Source: the human T2T-CHM13v2.0 reference genome, Homo sapiens. Taken from it: a stretch of DNA of 64,000 nucleotides. The stretch lies in assembly GCF_009914755.1 (NCBI RefSeq), contig NC_060941.1; one strand, 5' to 3'. Positions 1 through 15,940 of this stretch are shown here, piece after piece (position 1 is the first letter of the stretch; every line of letters starts with the position of its first letter). Under the pieces are notes generated by a model, which saw only the letters and a list, made by a program, of their open reading frames with translations, searched no databases and was not told the DNA's origin. The position numbers and the translations under genes were made by a program.

Positions 1-850
1 CAATTAAACTCAATTTTTTGAAAAACCTCCCAATTTCCCCCCACCTCTTTTCCCTTTTGCTCTGTCTGGTGTGATCCGTCTCCCTGCTGGGCAGTAACCC
101 TTTTTCCCAGCGCTCCCCCTTTGTTGGTGGCTTTCCTTCTGTTTGCTTGGACAGGAGGCCTTTGCTTCCAGGTTGTCCAGCTGGGATTCAAATCAAGGTC
201 CATTGACACAAGAGCCCAGGCTCTAATTTGCTCTGCCATATGCCTCCCCGGTTTGTGTCTTAGTCCTAGAATGACAGTGCTGGAGGAGTGGAGGGAAAGG
301 ACACTTGGATAGCTGAGTTGCAGACATGATAATTGGGTGGGTGCGGGTGAGGGTGGTGGTGATGCGGAGTGGGAGGAAGTTGCTAGGAAAGCTGAGCTTA
401 AAATAGCTGAAGGCCATAGATACTGGTACAGTGTGGAGTCTGGCAGATAATTGTGTGGCAGAGAAGGCTTTTGTCCTGAGAATAGTAGATGACCTCCCAG
501 AACTGTGGGAACAACAGTCTCATGTTTACATTTATTCAGGCCACAATGGAGCTGAGCAATTCGCTTCCTGACATGAATTCTTTCTCTTCCAAGTAGATCG
601 TGTTTCCTTATTCTGTGGAAAACGTTAATGCCATTAGAAGCCAGATTGAGGGCTACCTGTAACCGGAAACCTCTGCAGAGAACATCCTGTTACTCAGTAC
701 CCCTTTTTCTTCATTTATTTTATGAAAGTTCCCTTTCCACTTGACTGATATTTATCTTCAGGGCCATATTTTCTCCTTCTGTCAACCGAATATAGTATAC
801 GTAGCTAATCAATGAATTAGATAACTAAATCCATATATTTCCTCTTCTTC

Positions 851-1242
851 TGTGAACCCCGAATATCTGAGACAGGTCTTAGTTAATTTAGAAAGTTTAT
901 TTTGCCAGGATTGAGGACGTGCCTGTGACACAGCCTCAGGAGGTGCTGACAACATGTGCTCAAGGTGGTCAGGGCACAGCTTGGTTTTACTTATTGTAGG
1001 GAGACAGGAGACATCAGTCAGTATATGTAAGATGTACATTGGTGCTGTCCAGAAAGGCGGGACAACTCGAAGCAGGGAGGGGGTCTCCAGGTCGCAGGTG
1101 GGTGAGAGAGGCAGCCAGAAGCATTTTTCTCAGTGAGTAGAGGGGTGACTTTGAGTGGAATGGGAGGCAGATTTGCCTCCCAGTTTGACTTTTCCTTTTA
1201 GCTGAGTGATTTTGGGGCCCCAAGATTGATTTTCCTTTCACA
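851..1242 (-). mobile_element. MER4-family (ERV1) solo LTR
   Basis: TG...CA termini; minus strand starts TGTGAAAGGAAAATC; body resembles recalled MER4A consensus (gaaagtttattttgcc...cagcctcaggagg). Confidence 0.75.
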
Positions 1243-1729
1243 ATTTATATGATAAGGGGAGTGTTTTATTCCCAGTGCCTGAACTGAAGTATGATCATTT
1301 TTTTTGCCATTATCTTCCTTTGGCCTTTTCTTTTCTCTGTAGAAGGCAGGAGACCTAATATGCTCCTATTTATACCTAGTTCCTTTTTTTAGTCGGCTAA
1401 TTATTTACTTAAAATAACTGGTTCCTAGCAAAGTCTCATGAGATTTACATCTTGTAATTTTAGGGTCATGAGTGAGATAATTATTTTAGTTTGGTGAACA
1501 CATGGATTTTATTTGGTGCATTTCCAAAGTTTAGTAGAAAAGATAAATGTCAAATGAAAATGTTTAGTGTTTTAAACTGTTTGCATTCAGAAGGTCCCCC
1601 TCCTCATCTTGTGCATAGCTCAGCTGGTTCCTGGACTGTGGGCCTGACAGCGGCTTTACTTCATTGCCAATAGTGTCTTCCTCCTTGAGAGGTTCATGTG
1701 TTGCACAGAACAGTAGCCACACTTATTGA

Positions 1730-1981
<252 letters not shown>

Positions 1982-2185
1982 TAGCCTCCCCAAGGACCAC
2001 TTTTAATGGTGGAACTGGGATTTGAAGCCAGATCTGCCTCTTCTAAAGCCTGTGCTCTGAAATAGAATGGTAACTGGAGTGGGGCAGACCTGGGTTCATA
2101 TCCTGGGTTCAAATTCTCTCAGCCTCTGTTTTCTCATTTTAAAATGGGAGAAACACTTATGTCATGGAAAGATGAGACCTATTAA

Positions 2186-2559
<374 letters not shown>

Positions 2560-2759
2560 CTAGGCTCTCCATATATACATGTTGGTTTGATCATCCCTCT
2601 GATGTGTTTCTCCCCAGATGAAAGCTCTTCATGGGTAGGACCCTTGTCTTGTGTTCATGTGTCCTCAGCCCTGTGCCTGTTGGAGAAGGGAGTGAATGTT
2701 GAATAAGTAATGTTAGAAATTTTTCTAGGTTCTTAAAAGAAGCTTGTTTGTCTTTCTGT

Positions 2760-3057
2760 TTTCTTTTCTTTTTCCTTTTTTTTTTTTTTGAGACAGTTTC
2801 CCAGGCCAGAGGGCAGTGGTGTGATTACTGCAGTCTCCACCTCCCAATTCATTGTTGAAGCAATTCTCCTGCCTCAGCCACCTGAGTAGCTGGGATTACA
2901 AGCACGCAGTACTACACCCAGCTAATTTTTGTATTTTTAGCAGAGAAAGGGTTTTGCCATGTTGGCCAGGCTGGTCTCAAACTCTTGGCCTCAAGTGATC
3001 CACCCACCTTGGCCTCTCGAAATGCTAGAATTACAGACATGAGCCACTGCGCCTGGC
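2760..3057 (-). mobile_element. Alu
   Basis: poly-T followed by antisense Alu body ending gcctggcc. Confidence 0.85.
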
Positions 3058-3139
3058 CAGTTTTCTTATACCATGAGCACAATAGGTTTTTACCTTTGGC
3101 CAATGGGTTACTTGATTGCTTTTGTTTCTTTTTTTCATG

Positions 3140-3267
3140 TTTAATGGAGTTTATTTTTTAGAGCAATTACAGGTTTATAGAAAATTGAGCAGCTAGTACA
3201 GAGAATTACCATATACCTTCTCCTTCCACCTTACAAATTTCCCTATTATTAACATCTTGTGTGATAC
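3140..3267 (-). mobile_element. Old L1M (L1MC/MD-like) 3' fragment, resumes at 12118-12580
   Basis: ttttagagca...aaaattgagcag...cctattattaacatcttg resembles L1M 3' end; continues as gtatgtttgttaaaattgatgaac after the LTR nest. Confidence 0.6.
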
Positions 3268-3450
3268 TGATGCAGGATTTTTTGCTTAGCTCAGCTAGGT
3301 CTGGGTTCTTGTCTCATGACCAGGAGGAAGTAGACACACGGACACTCAAAGAGTGAGCAAGGCGGGAAGTTTTATTGAGTGATGAAGCAGTTTTTAGTGG
3401 GGAGGGTACACAGGGTTACTCCCTCTACCCAAAGGCAAGAGAGTTCTTTG
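3268..3450 (-). mobile_element. MER61-like solo LTR, left piece (split by later insertions)
   Basis: Begins tgatgcaggattttttgcttagctcagctaggtc; continues at 11491. Confidence 0.65.
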
Positions 3451-3894
3451 TGTTGGGAACAAGTAAGCGGTGCTGAAGAGAAAAACCAGTATTGAGACAA
3501 ATTATTTCTCAGCAAGGCAATTTACTTCTGCAGAAAGGTGCTGCCTGTTACAACCGCAAGAGTACACCGAACAAAGGAGGGAAGGGGTTTTTATCCCTAA
3601 TGCAGTTCCTGTCCCTGTGTCCTTCCCCTGTTGGCTAGGGTTGGACCATACAATCTAAACTGATGCCAGTTGGCTAAGACTTAAACTTTTTCTAATAGGT
3701 AAATGCGTGATTTGTAAGAGAAGGAGGGGGTAGGAGTGGTCTGTCCATTACGGTACGGGGCATGTCGGGCCACAAGCGTGGGAGGGTTGTTCGGAGGCTA
3801 GAAACAAGGGAGTATAAGGAGGTTGGGCTTCTGAACAAAGAGCAAGAACGTTACACAGTTAAACCCTTTGAAGAGGAATTCATCATCTCTGGCA
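3451..3894 (-). repeat. 3' LTR (LTR10-like)
   Basis: Minus strand TGCCAGAGATG...GTTCCCAACA, preceded by polypurine tract AAAGGGGGAAAT; homologous to 10355-10827. Confidence 0.9.
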
Positions 3895-5943
3895 ATTTCC
3901 CCCTTTGTCTTTTGATAATTCTTCCTCTTCACATTTTTTTAACATGATTTGGCTCTGCTGTTCTTCTCGATCACCTAGGAACAAGAGCCTATTTGAGTAT
4001 AGAGGAGGAGAGGTAGGGGAGGTTTTGTGAGAGCTGTTTCTATAAGTCCTTGCATTAACCCATGGATACAGGGTATGATGCAGCATCCTACATATGAGTA
4101 CACCTGTAACAATTGCAAGAGAGGTTAATATTGAAGTCATAATCCCTTTCCATTCACCAAACCACTTTTCCATGAGACTTGTGATGGGGTCATTTATTCT
4201 GGAATTTTTGGCTAACTTATCTGATATGGAGGTAAGGCCTTGTAAAGCCTTCATAATTGTTCCATTGGGAGCTGTGTTGTTAGGGCTGAAAGTACAGCAT
4301 TGGACTCTGGTCTTGACACAGACTTTGCCTTTTTTTGCTAACATTATGTTAAGGGCTCTTCTATTTTCCCAGGGCATTTGGCTGGTGGGCCTAATTGTTC
4401 AGCTATCCCTTTAATGGCATCGTCTGCGTAATTGACAAACCGCTGTTGATTATAGTAAATGTAATTTATCCAGTCTACATTTTTGTTTATAGTTGACCAC
4501 CAGAACAGTGCAGATTTGAATCTGAATCCTGCAGCTATTTGGTTTCGGGGTTTAAATTTATCTGGTACCTCTTGTGGGACCCCAGTAGCAGCTACATAAA
4601 TGTGAGGGTCAAAAGACCCGTGAGGAGCATCTTTTTTTTTTTTTTTTTTTTTTTGTGATCCTCTGTCCTGTTATGTTGACGGAATGCCAGAGTGAAAGGG
4701 CCAGTTGGACTAGGGCTCACGTGCCGCTCCAGTTTCTCAGCAGAGTGCCTAATAGTTTACCGCAGTACCACCATACATTTGCTTGAGAATAGACAAAAGG
4801 CAGCTTGACTGGTAAGCTCTTGGGAAGGCTTGGTTTGACTACACCCTGTTAGGTCTCCGAGGGACGTTAATCTTTCCCCTTGCCATGAGAGAAGACACGA
4901 GGTAAAATTAAATCAGAAGCTGGAGGCCAGATGGCCCTCGGGGGCTGACCTGCGGGGTCTTTAACTTGGGGGAATAGCAATGAGAGAGTCTTGCATGCTC
5001 TCTCCCAGGCTGTGAGATTTTGAAAGAGACTTACCATGCAGCTTATGCCCGGTCAGTCAGAAGACCATCCAAGTGGGAAGGGGACTATCTGGGCCTCTGG
5101 CCTGCCTGCCGCACAAGCCTAACAGTCAATTTTGTTTAATGTGCGAGCAGAATATTTAATCCATTCCAGCCAGGCATTCGCATCTTGGTATCCTGTTCTA
5201 AGCACTAAAGTTTGTTTTAAATCTTTAACCTTTACAGTGCCTACTATAGTTTCGTCATGGGGTATGGAAAGAACAGCTGTTTGATTGGAAGAGGGTTTAG
5301 AAGGAGAAGAAGGTGAAGGGGGTTGAGGAGTAATGAAGTGCATTTCAAAGGATCCTTTGGGGTCCTTTCCAGGAATATTAGCTCCTGGGCCATAGAAGTG
5401 ACCTAGGGTAGGCTTGGTGTCGGTAGAGGTGGGGACATTAATAGAGATTTGCACAGGGTTACACTGTTGGAGTTGACAGGTGGAGGGGGTTGTACCTTTG
5501 GTAAAGTGAATGTAAGGCTTTAGATAGGTACAACCTATTGAGGAGGTCCAGCCTTGACACTTGGTGGTATAGATTACATCTCCCTAAGTATCACAGAACT
5601 ACCAGTTATAGGATCGGCCTCAGTCCATGCAGAAGTCAGTTCTGTAGGCAGTTTTATTTATCCTGGAAGGGCAAAGGTACTTTTCTGAAGAGGCCAGCTG
5701 TCTTTGGCTTTGGAGATCCCCACAGGGCATAACAAGACAAGCATTAAAAGTAATGGTTTGAGGGGAGCTAGATCTGGTTATATTAATAATAAGATGTGTG
5801 GTAGCTGGGGAAAGGAAGCTAAGAAGGAAGAGACAGATTAAACTTTCTTTTTTAACGTGACTCTGGTTGGGGTGGGTCCTGGAACGGCAGTCCATGACTC
5901 TGGAGAGGATGGTGCTCTTTTGACTTGGGTGTGATGAGTGCAA
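3883..5943 (-). pseudogene. ERV env remnant (SU+TM), broken by stops and frameshifts
   Basis: Signal peptide LICLFLLSFL; GSFDPH...GVP...NQIAAGF and NKNVDWINYIYYNQQRF motifs; ISD-like WENRRALNIMLA; CX6CC (CVKTRVQCC); TM helix. ORFs 5620-5943, 5119-5454, 3883-4377. Confidence 0.9.
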
Positions 5944-6900
5944 CCGTTTTTGGTGGTCCTGACTGCCGTTTCAGTTTTTAGAAGTACTAAATAAGGTTCT
6001 TCCCAAGTAGGTTTGAGCTTTTCTTCTTTCCAACTTCTGACGAGGACGTAATCTCTGGGCTGGTGATGATGGCCTGCAAATTCAAGGGGTGCAGTTTGTG
6101 CTAAAAGGCCTTGAGTCCTAAGAGAGGAAAGGGTGGAAGACAGACCTGATACATAGTTTTTGAGAAATTCATCCTTTGTTTCAAAAGTGGGAATGTCAGT
6201 ATTAGAGTTTAAGTAAGGCAGTCCATAAAGCATTTCATAAGGAGAGAGGCCAGTGTCCTTTTGCGGGGCTGTTTGGACTCTGAACAGGGCAATAGGAAGG
6301 CATTTTGTCCGAGGTAGCTGGGTTTTTAAAATTAGTTGGGTTAAATGATTTTTTAAAGTTTGGTTCATTCTTTCTACTTTTCCTGATGAGGGTGGATGCC
6401 TTGGTGTATGATATTCCCATTTTATTCCTAGTGCTTGAGTGAGCCCTTTAATAACGAGGGCAGTGAATTGGGTTCTATTGTCTGAATCAGTGTTTTCTAT
6501 AATTCCAAACCTAGGTATAATTTGTTTTAATAAGGTTTTAACTACATGTTTAGCTGTTGTGTTTGGGAAAGGGATGGCCTCTACCCAGTGGGTGAGATGA
6601 TCTACTATTATTAATAAATAGTTAACATGGCCTACTGGGGGCATTTCAGTGTAATGAATTTGAATTTTTTGGAATGGCGTTAACCCTGAGTTTTTTCCCC
6701 CAAGGGCTTGCATCTTATTTGTTGATTTATTAGTTTTTTTTGCATATTATACAACTATCCACAATTTACCTAGCAAGGGTATAGATTTCTATACACCCAT
6801 AAACTCCGAGAGCGGCATCACACATAGCCTGGGGACCCCAGTGAGTTCCTTGATGGAGTTGAGACAACATCCCTCTTATGAGAGGTTTAGGCAACATTTC
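5838..6900 (-). pseudogene. ERV integrase (HHCC region disrupted; core and C-terminal domain open as 291-aa ORF 5838-6713)
   Basis: HQGTHWG...CIIC zinc motif; core IQIHYTEMP / DSDN / SSGKVERMN; C-terminal W..PY.VLL.T.TAV. Confidence 0.9.
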
Positions 6901-7139
6901 CCTCTCATCTGGTAATATTCGTTTTTCTTCTGAGCTTTCTTTGGCTCCTATTTCATTTAACTTTTCTTGTTTGTTATGGGAAAAGACGGGGACTGTGGCT
7001 GGGGGAGGGAGACAAGGAGTTAAATGGAAAATGGGTTCCCGTTGGGGAAGAGGCAGCTTGCTTGGCTATTTGGTCAGCAAGATTATTCCCTCAGCTTCTA
7101 AAGGAAAGATTTCTTTGATACCTGGGACGTGAACAACAG

Positions 7140-7455
7140 CTATTTGTTCTGGCAACTATAGATTTTCTAATACTTGAATTATTATGTCCCTGTGGACTAA
7201 GTTACTGTTAATGAGGCCTTGCTCTGTTCAAATTTTTCCAAGGTGTGGACCACTCCAAAAGCATACTTGGAGTCTGTATAAATAGTTCCTTCCTGGTTTT
7301 GCAGAAATTTTAAGGCTTGATTTAATGCAAACAGCTCACATGTTTGCGCAGAGCAGGTGCAGACCCGTTATTAGGTAATCTTCCTGATTTTATTTCTGTG
7401 AGGATATCTCCGTTTACTACTGAGTACCCGTTATGCCTTTTTTCTTTTATTACTT
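7140..7455 (-). pseudogene. ERV RNase H remnant
   Basis: Minus strand gives KRHNGYSVV, then ELFALNQAL and TIYTDSKYAFGVVH in another frame. Confidence 0.8.
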
Positions 7456-7549
7456 GCCTCGATTTCCTTCTTTTGACCATACATCTGGATGGATGTATCC
7501 TTTATCTAGGGTAGTGAGCAAATTTAGGGAGGGGAGGAATTTTTCTTGG

Positions 7550-7891
7550 TTAACATAGAGGTCTGGGTTTAATTTTAGCATTAAATCTCTTCCTAAATAG
7601 GTTTGTTCCTGCCTCCGGGATTAACAGAAGTTTAATATTTACTGAGTGGTCCTTATATTTAATTTCTGTTTCTTCTAAGATTTTTGCTTTAAACCCCTCT
7701 TCTTTTACTCCCGAAATAAAAAGTTTTTCCTGTGAACAAGTTACACCAGGGGGAAGATAACAAACTGAGGAGCGAGCAGCTCCTGAATCAATGAAAAAGG
7801 TGATAAGCTCAGGTTTGGGTCCCACCTCTAAATTTATCAAGGGCTCTTGGTGGGACTTGAGGTAAAAAAAAGAGTGGAGCCCTTGACCGCC
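7550..7891 (-). pseudogene. ERV aspartic protease remnant
   Basis: FFIDSGAARS catalytic motif, flap ISGVKEEG, PEAGTNL. Confidence 0.85.
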
Positions 7892-9835
<1,944 letters not shown>

Positions 9836-10333
9836 TCTTGCACTCTTTCTTTAGAGGCCCAACCCCCCTTACTTGAGATTTCTTGCATTCTTTTGCTTCT
9901 GCTTAATCCTTCTCTGGCTGCTTCCTTTGTGGGAATTTTCAGGTCCCCCTTAGCGTTGGTGGGTCGGTATGATCCCCCGACAGGCAAGACAGGCAAGCTG
10001 TCCTAAGCTGTATGAGGTGACCACGGAACCACAGATCCGGACTCCACACTCAATTGTGCGTCTCATTCACACACTTTCAACCTCCAGGATGTCCTGACCA
10101 CCAAGGAAATACTGCACTGCCATTGTGTTTTTTCTTAACCTTTGTCTCTGCACAGAGTTACCTGGTCACTGTGGTATTTGTAGGCCTTTTTCTCCCGCGT
10201 TGCTAAGCGTCCGGGTTTATTCGTCACACCAGGTGGGTCTCGATCCCTAACCCTTGAGGCCACCACAACGAGGCAGTGGGACCTGTCTCCTCACGAGTGA
10301 GGACTGGAGACCCTTCCCCAGAGGAGAATGGGA

Positions 10334-10351
10334 ATCCTGGATGGGCCCCCA
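10334..10351 (-). promoter_or_regulatory. Primer binding site, tRNA-Pro-like
   Basis: TGGGGGCCCATCCAGGAT, 3 nt after the 5' LTR; 15/18 to tRNA-Pro PBS TGGGGGCTCGTCCGGGAT, two mismatches being CpG decay. Confidence 0.8.
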
Positions 10352-10354
10352 GAT

Positions 10355-10827
10355 TGTTGGGAACAAGTAAGCTGTGCTCAAGAGAAAAACTAGCACTGAG
10401 ACAAAGGATTTCTCAGCAAGGCAATTTACTTTTGCAGAAGGGTGCCGCCTGCATCTGTTACGACTGCAAGAGCACACTGAACAAAGGAGGGAAGGGGTTT
10501 TTATCCCTAACGCAGTTCCTGTCGGTGTCCTTCCCCTGTTGGCTAGGATTGGACTGTACAATCTAAACTGATCCCAGTTGGCTAAGACTTAAAACTTTTT
10601 TGAATAGGATAAACGCATGATTTGTAAGAGAAAGAGGGGATAGGAGCAGTCTGTCTGTTACAGTACAAGGTATGTCTGGACTTGTGTGAGCATGTCAGGG
10701 CACAACAAGAGCAGGAGGGTTGTTTGCAGGCCAGAAACAAGAGAGTATAAGGAGGTTGGGCTTCTGAACAAAGAACAAGGACGTTACACAGTTAAACCCT
10801 TTGAAGAGGAATTCATCATCTCTGGCG
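10355..10827 (-). repeat. 5' LTR (LTR10-like)
   Basis: Homologous to 3451-3894; minus-strand TATA-like GATAAAAA and AGTAAA poly(A)-like signal; followed by PBS. Confidence 0.9.
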
Positions 10828-10834
10828 CTAGTAT

Positions 10835-11490
10835 TGTTGCAGGATTCAGGAGGACGAGAGAGAGATCTCGGGTTAAAACAGGAGAATCTTTTATTGAGTG
10901 CACTCAGGCCCAGCAGATTCACACCCAAAGGTTGGGCTCAGAACAAAGACAGCACTTGACTTTTATACACACTTCACAGAAGGGGGTGGGCTAGCTAAAG
11001 CAAGCTTATAGTGGCGTGAAAGCAGGGATACAGAGGTGGGACAAAGACAGTTAATTAAATCGTTACAGGTTCATAACTCAGGATTGCACATAACTGTTGC
11101 TATGCAACCCAGATGTCCGTTATCTGTGTTTGCCTAGGCATGGACTTATCCTATAACCTTCACTATGGTGCCCGGGCAGCTGTAGTTCCGGCCTACTCAG
11201 GCTTTTCATGACCTTCATTGTATTTCTTAGATAAAACAATACTTGAAGTCACTAGTTACAGAGAACAGGAATCTATAAACTCATTCTATAAAACAAAGAA
11301 AAATTTGTTTTTTCTTCTCCCTGTGTTGAGGGAGTGCTGGGAAAGTCTCCAGAGCACATTAGATAATATTATCAAGACTTTTCCTGGGTCTCGGCTGTGC
11401 CTGTTGCTGCCTCTGGGACAAATCAGCCTAATACAGGAAAACTTATTTCTCTTTCTTTTAAATTTTATTTTTCTTTAATTTCCGGCCTCC
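10835..11490 (-). mobile_element. Second ERV solo LTR (ERV1 class likely, family uncertain)
   Basis: Plus strand begins tgttgcagg (CA end on minus); minus-strand TATAAAA and AATAAA; approximate 4-bp TSD gtat/gtgt. Confidence 0.65.
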
Positions 11491-12117
<627 letters not shown>

Positions 12118-12150
12118 GTATGTTTGTTAAAATTGATGAACTAATATTGA

Positions 12151-12327
<177 letters not shown>

Positions 12328-14143
12328 TGAGTAGCTGGGATTACAGGTGCCTACCACCATGCCCGGCTAGTTGTTGTATTTTTAGTAGAGACGGGGTGTC
12401 TCCATGTTGTTCAGAGTGTTCTTGAACTCCCAACCTCAGGTGATCCGCCCACCTTGACCTCCCAAAGTGCTGGGATTACAGGCGTGAGCCCCTGCACCTG
12501 GCCAATTATGTTATTTTTAACTAGAATCTGTAGTTTAGGTTCACTCTGTGTTGTACATGTCTTTGGATTTTGACGATGCAACTTTACACATCCTTAGAAA
12601 TCCTTCTGATTAAGAATGAAGCAAAGACATTTTTTCTTCAACTTAAGTTTATTATTTTTTCAAATGGTTACTAAGTTATTAGGACATAAATGCTTTTTAA
12701 ATTGTTTGGACATAGTAACTTAATAAATCATCAATTTTTTTGGTCTTGAGGCACCATGAAAGTTACTGAGACATCAAGGAACACATGTGACAGTGCTGAA
12801 GGACAAATGTACCCAGATGAGCTGGTCAGGAATGTCTGAGATGATTATGTTCAGGACAGTGAGCAAATTTAAAACATAGAGCCCCCGGGCTGATGTCTGA
12901 GATGTCCGTATTGAGATCGTTCAGAAATGTAACAGACAGTAGAATAATGATGGGCCTTATTTTTCTAATTTAAATTTAAATGCAAAAGATACAATTGATC
13001 AGGCATACTAGATTATACTTTGAATTTCATTTGAAAGCTCAGTAACTCTATGTCAGCCTATTAAATAGTGTTAACAAAAGTTTCCAGGTAGTCTTGGCTG
13101 GAAATTCTTGAAGAAGAATACATTAAAAGTACTTTAAGAGAAAATATTCCAGAAGACCTTGTTAAACCAGTTTTAGCTATGGTTAGTTGCATGTATGTTA
13201 GTTTCAGCAAGGAGAGAGGGAATAGTGTTTGTCTTTAACTAGAACAATCTGAAACTGACCCCCTCTTAAAACATTATATCTAATGCTAGATCTGAATAGT
13301 AGTCTTGCTTTAGCCAAATGTAGACATGCTAGTGTTTTAGCAGATGATTATTTTTCTTTTGAGCATAATTTTTTGTTTTTATGCTTGTTTTGTGCTTATA
13401 GCAGTGGTTCAAAACTTAGAAGCTGTAATCCTCTGCTGGATACTGTGAAATAACTGACATATACCTAGTTCTTTTGTATGGACCAGGAACAATTTTGACA
13501 GGACACATGGCTGTCCTATGAAGAGTATAAAATCATAGCCACTGTCATTGGGGGACAGAGTTGGGGGTGTCACAGAGCTGTCAAATTAGGTTTGGTGGGT
13601 AATGCCCTAGTTCTTTGCTAAGATTTGCTTGCCTGCCCCTTTGTACTCGTGGCTTTTTCCCTTTCTTCCCCTCCCCCCCCCCTTTTTTTTTTGAGTGCAG
13701 TGTTCATGCACTAGCACTTGTTTCTAGGACCCAAAGGTTTAGGGAAATTTATGGCAGAAAATCTTAAAGCGGATGGAGCTGTATTTAGTAGCAGCTTCTC
13801 TTGCTCTTGAGGAGGAGACCGTCGTCAGTAATTTTGGTTCATAGCACTCCCATCCCACCTGCCACTCAGAGCTGCAAGAACACGGCCTTCCAGAATAGAG
13901 TCAAACACAGTGTGGGTGTCACTAACTTGAGTTATTTTAAGAGGTCAGGAAACAAACCTACTACTGTGTGTTTTTTGACATTATTTTAAAATATAATGTG
14001 GATAAATCAGATGAGTGACCTCTCTGTGGAATTAAAACTTTTTACGTGTGAAGTTTTTAATTTTGTGGGTAATTTTTTCAAGGTCCTTTAGAATTGTGTC
14101 ACTGTTGCCTGCTAATAAAGTCATGTGAAGGTCTCTGTTAAAG

Positions 14144-14472
14144 CAGTGGTCCCCAGCCTTTTTGGCACCAGTGACTGGTTTTGTGGAAGACAGTTGTTCC
14201 ACGGATTGTGGGGTGAAGGGGGATGGTTTCGGGACGAAACTCTTCCACCTCAGATCATCAGGCATTGGATTCTCTTACGGAGCATGCAGCTTACAGAGCG
14301 TGCAGCCTCAATCCCTTGTGTGTGCAGTTCACAATAGGGCTCTCACTCCTGTGAGAGTCTGATGCTGCCACTGATGTGACAGGAGGTGGAGCTCAGGCAG
14401 TAATGCTGGCACGCCGGCAGCGTGGCCACGTTCTCAGCAGCGCACGGACCGGTAGGAGCTGGGGACTCTCTG
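14144..14472. mobile_element. MER1B-like hAT DNA transposon
   Basis: Termini cagtggtcccca ... tggggactctctg; internal ccacctcagatcatcaggcatt. Confidence 0.8.
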
Positions 14473-15235
14473 TGTGTTAAACGAAGGTAGTCCAGGTGAA
14501 GTTCAGCATAGGCTGGAGGGTGGAACACACAGATGGTCGCTGGATGTAGTGACCTTTCCTTGTCACAGGCTTAACACCCCAGGTGGCACGGATACCTTGA
14601 AGAGCCATGCTGTTTCCTAAGAGAAAACGTGGAATTTGGAAGAGATTTTGAAGTTTCTTTCTCCTGTCCTCTAGCAAGAATATATATCATGTCTGGAACT
14701 CTTGGAGCAAAGGAGTGGGTGTACGAATGGAAGAAGCTCCGATGGGTTGATGCAGAATATCTCACAGCCCTCCCGGTGTTGGCCCATTCCCTGTCTGTTG
14801 TGTGGTATGATGTGTGTTGAAATGGCTCCTTGATCAAAAGTAAACATAGCTGCTTTATACCATTGCGTGGTAAACTGTGAAGGCAGGCATTGAGAGAGGG
14901 GTGGTAAAAAGAACCTATTCCTGGTCAAAAATGCTAAAATACTTGGAAGTGCAAATGTTTTGGTGCGTGGCATGTGAGCAACATGTTTACTGTCTGTTCT
15001 TTCAGCTATAATTAATGCCTTCCACGATACTCATCATAATCATACCTTAATGAGAAGGCCCTAGAAAAGAAACCCAACCTTTTTTGTTGGGTTACTTCGC
15101 ATCTATCATGATACTTTTTCCTTTGATTTTATAGCACTTTAGGATGAACTTACTTTTCCGTGCTAAATGTTAGCTTTGGAGAAAGTGTATCATCAGAACC
15201 ATGGAGTTTGAGGTCTTCTAAGATGAAGTTCATAA

Positions 15236-15593
<358 letters not shown>

Positions 15594-15617
15594 TACGTAT
15601 TTGTTTTTAGGTTTTTA

Positions 15618-15940
<323 letters not shown>

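Noticed and set aside
3883-5943. Domesticated syncytin-like env
   Set aside because: Split by multiple stops and frameshifts; longest piece is 164 aa
10355-10827. AP-1 enhancer array described for some LTR10 subfamilies
   Set aside because: No TGA(C/G)TCA seen in either LTR
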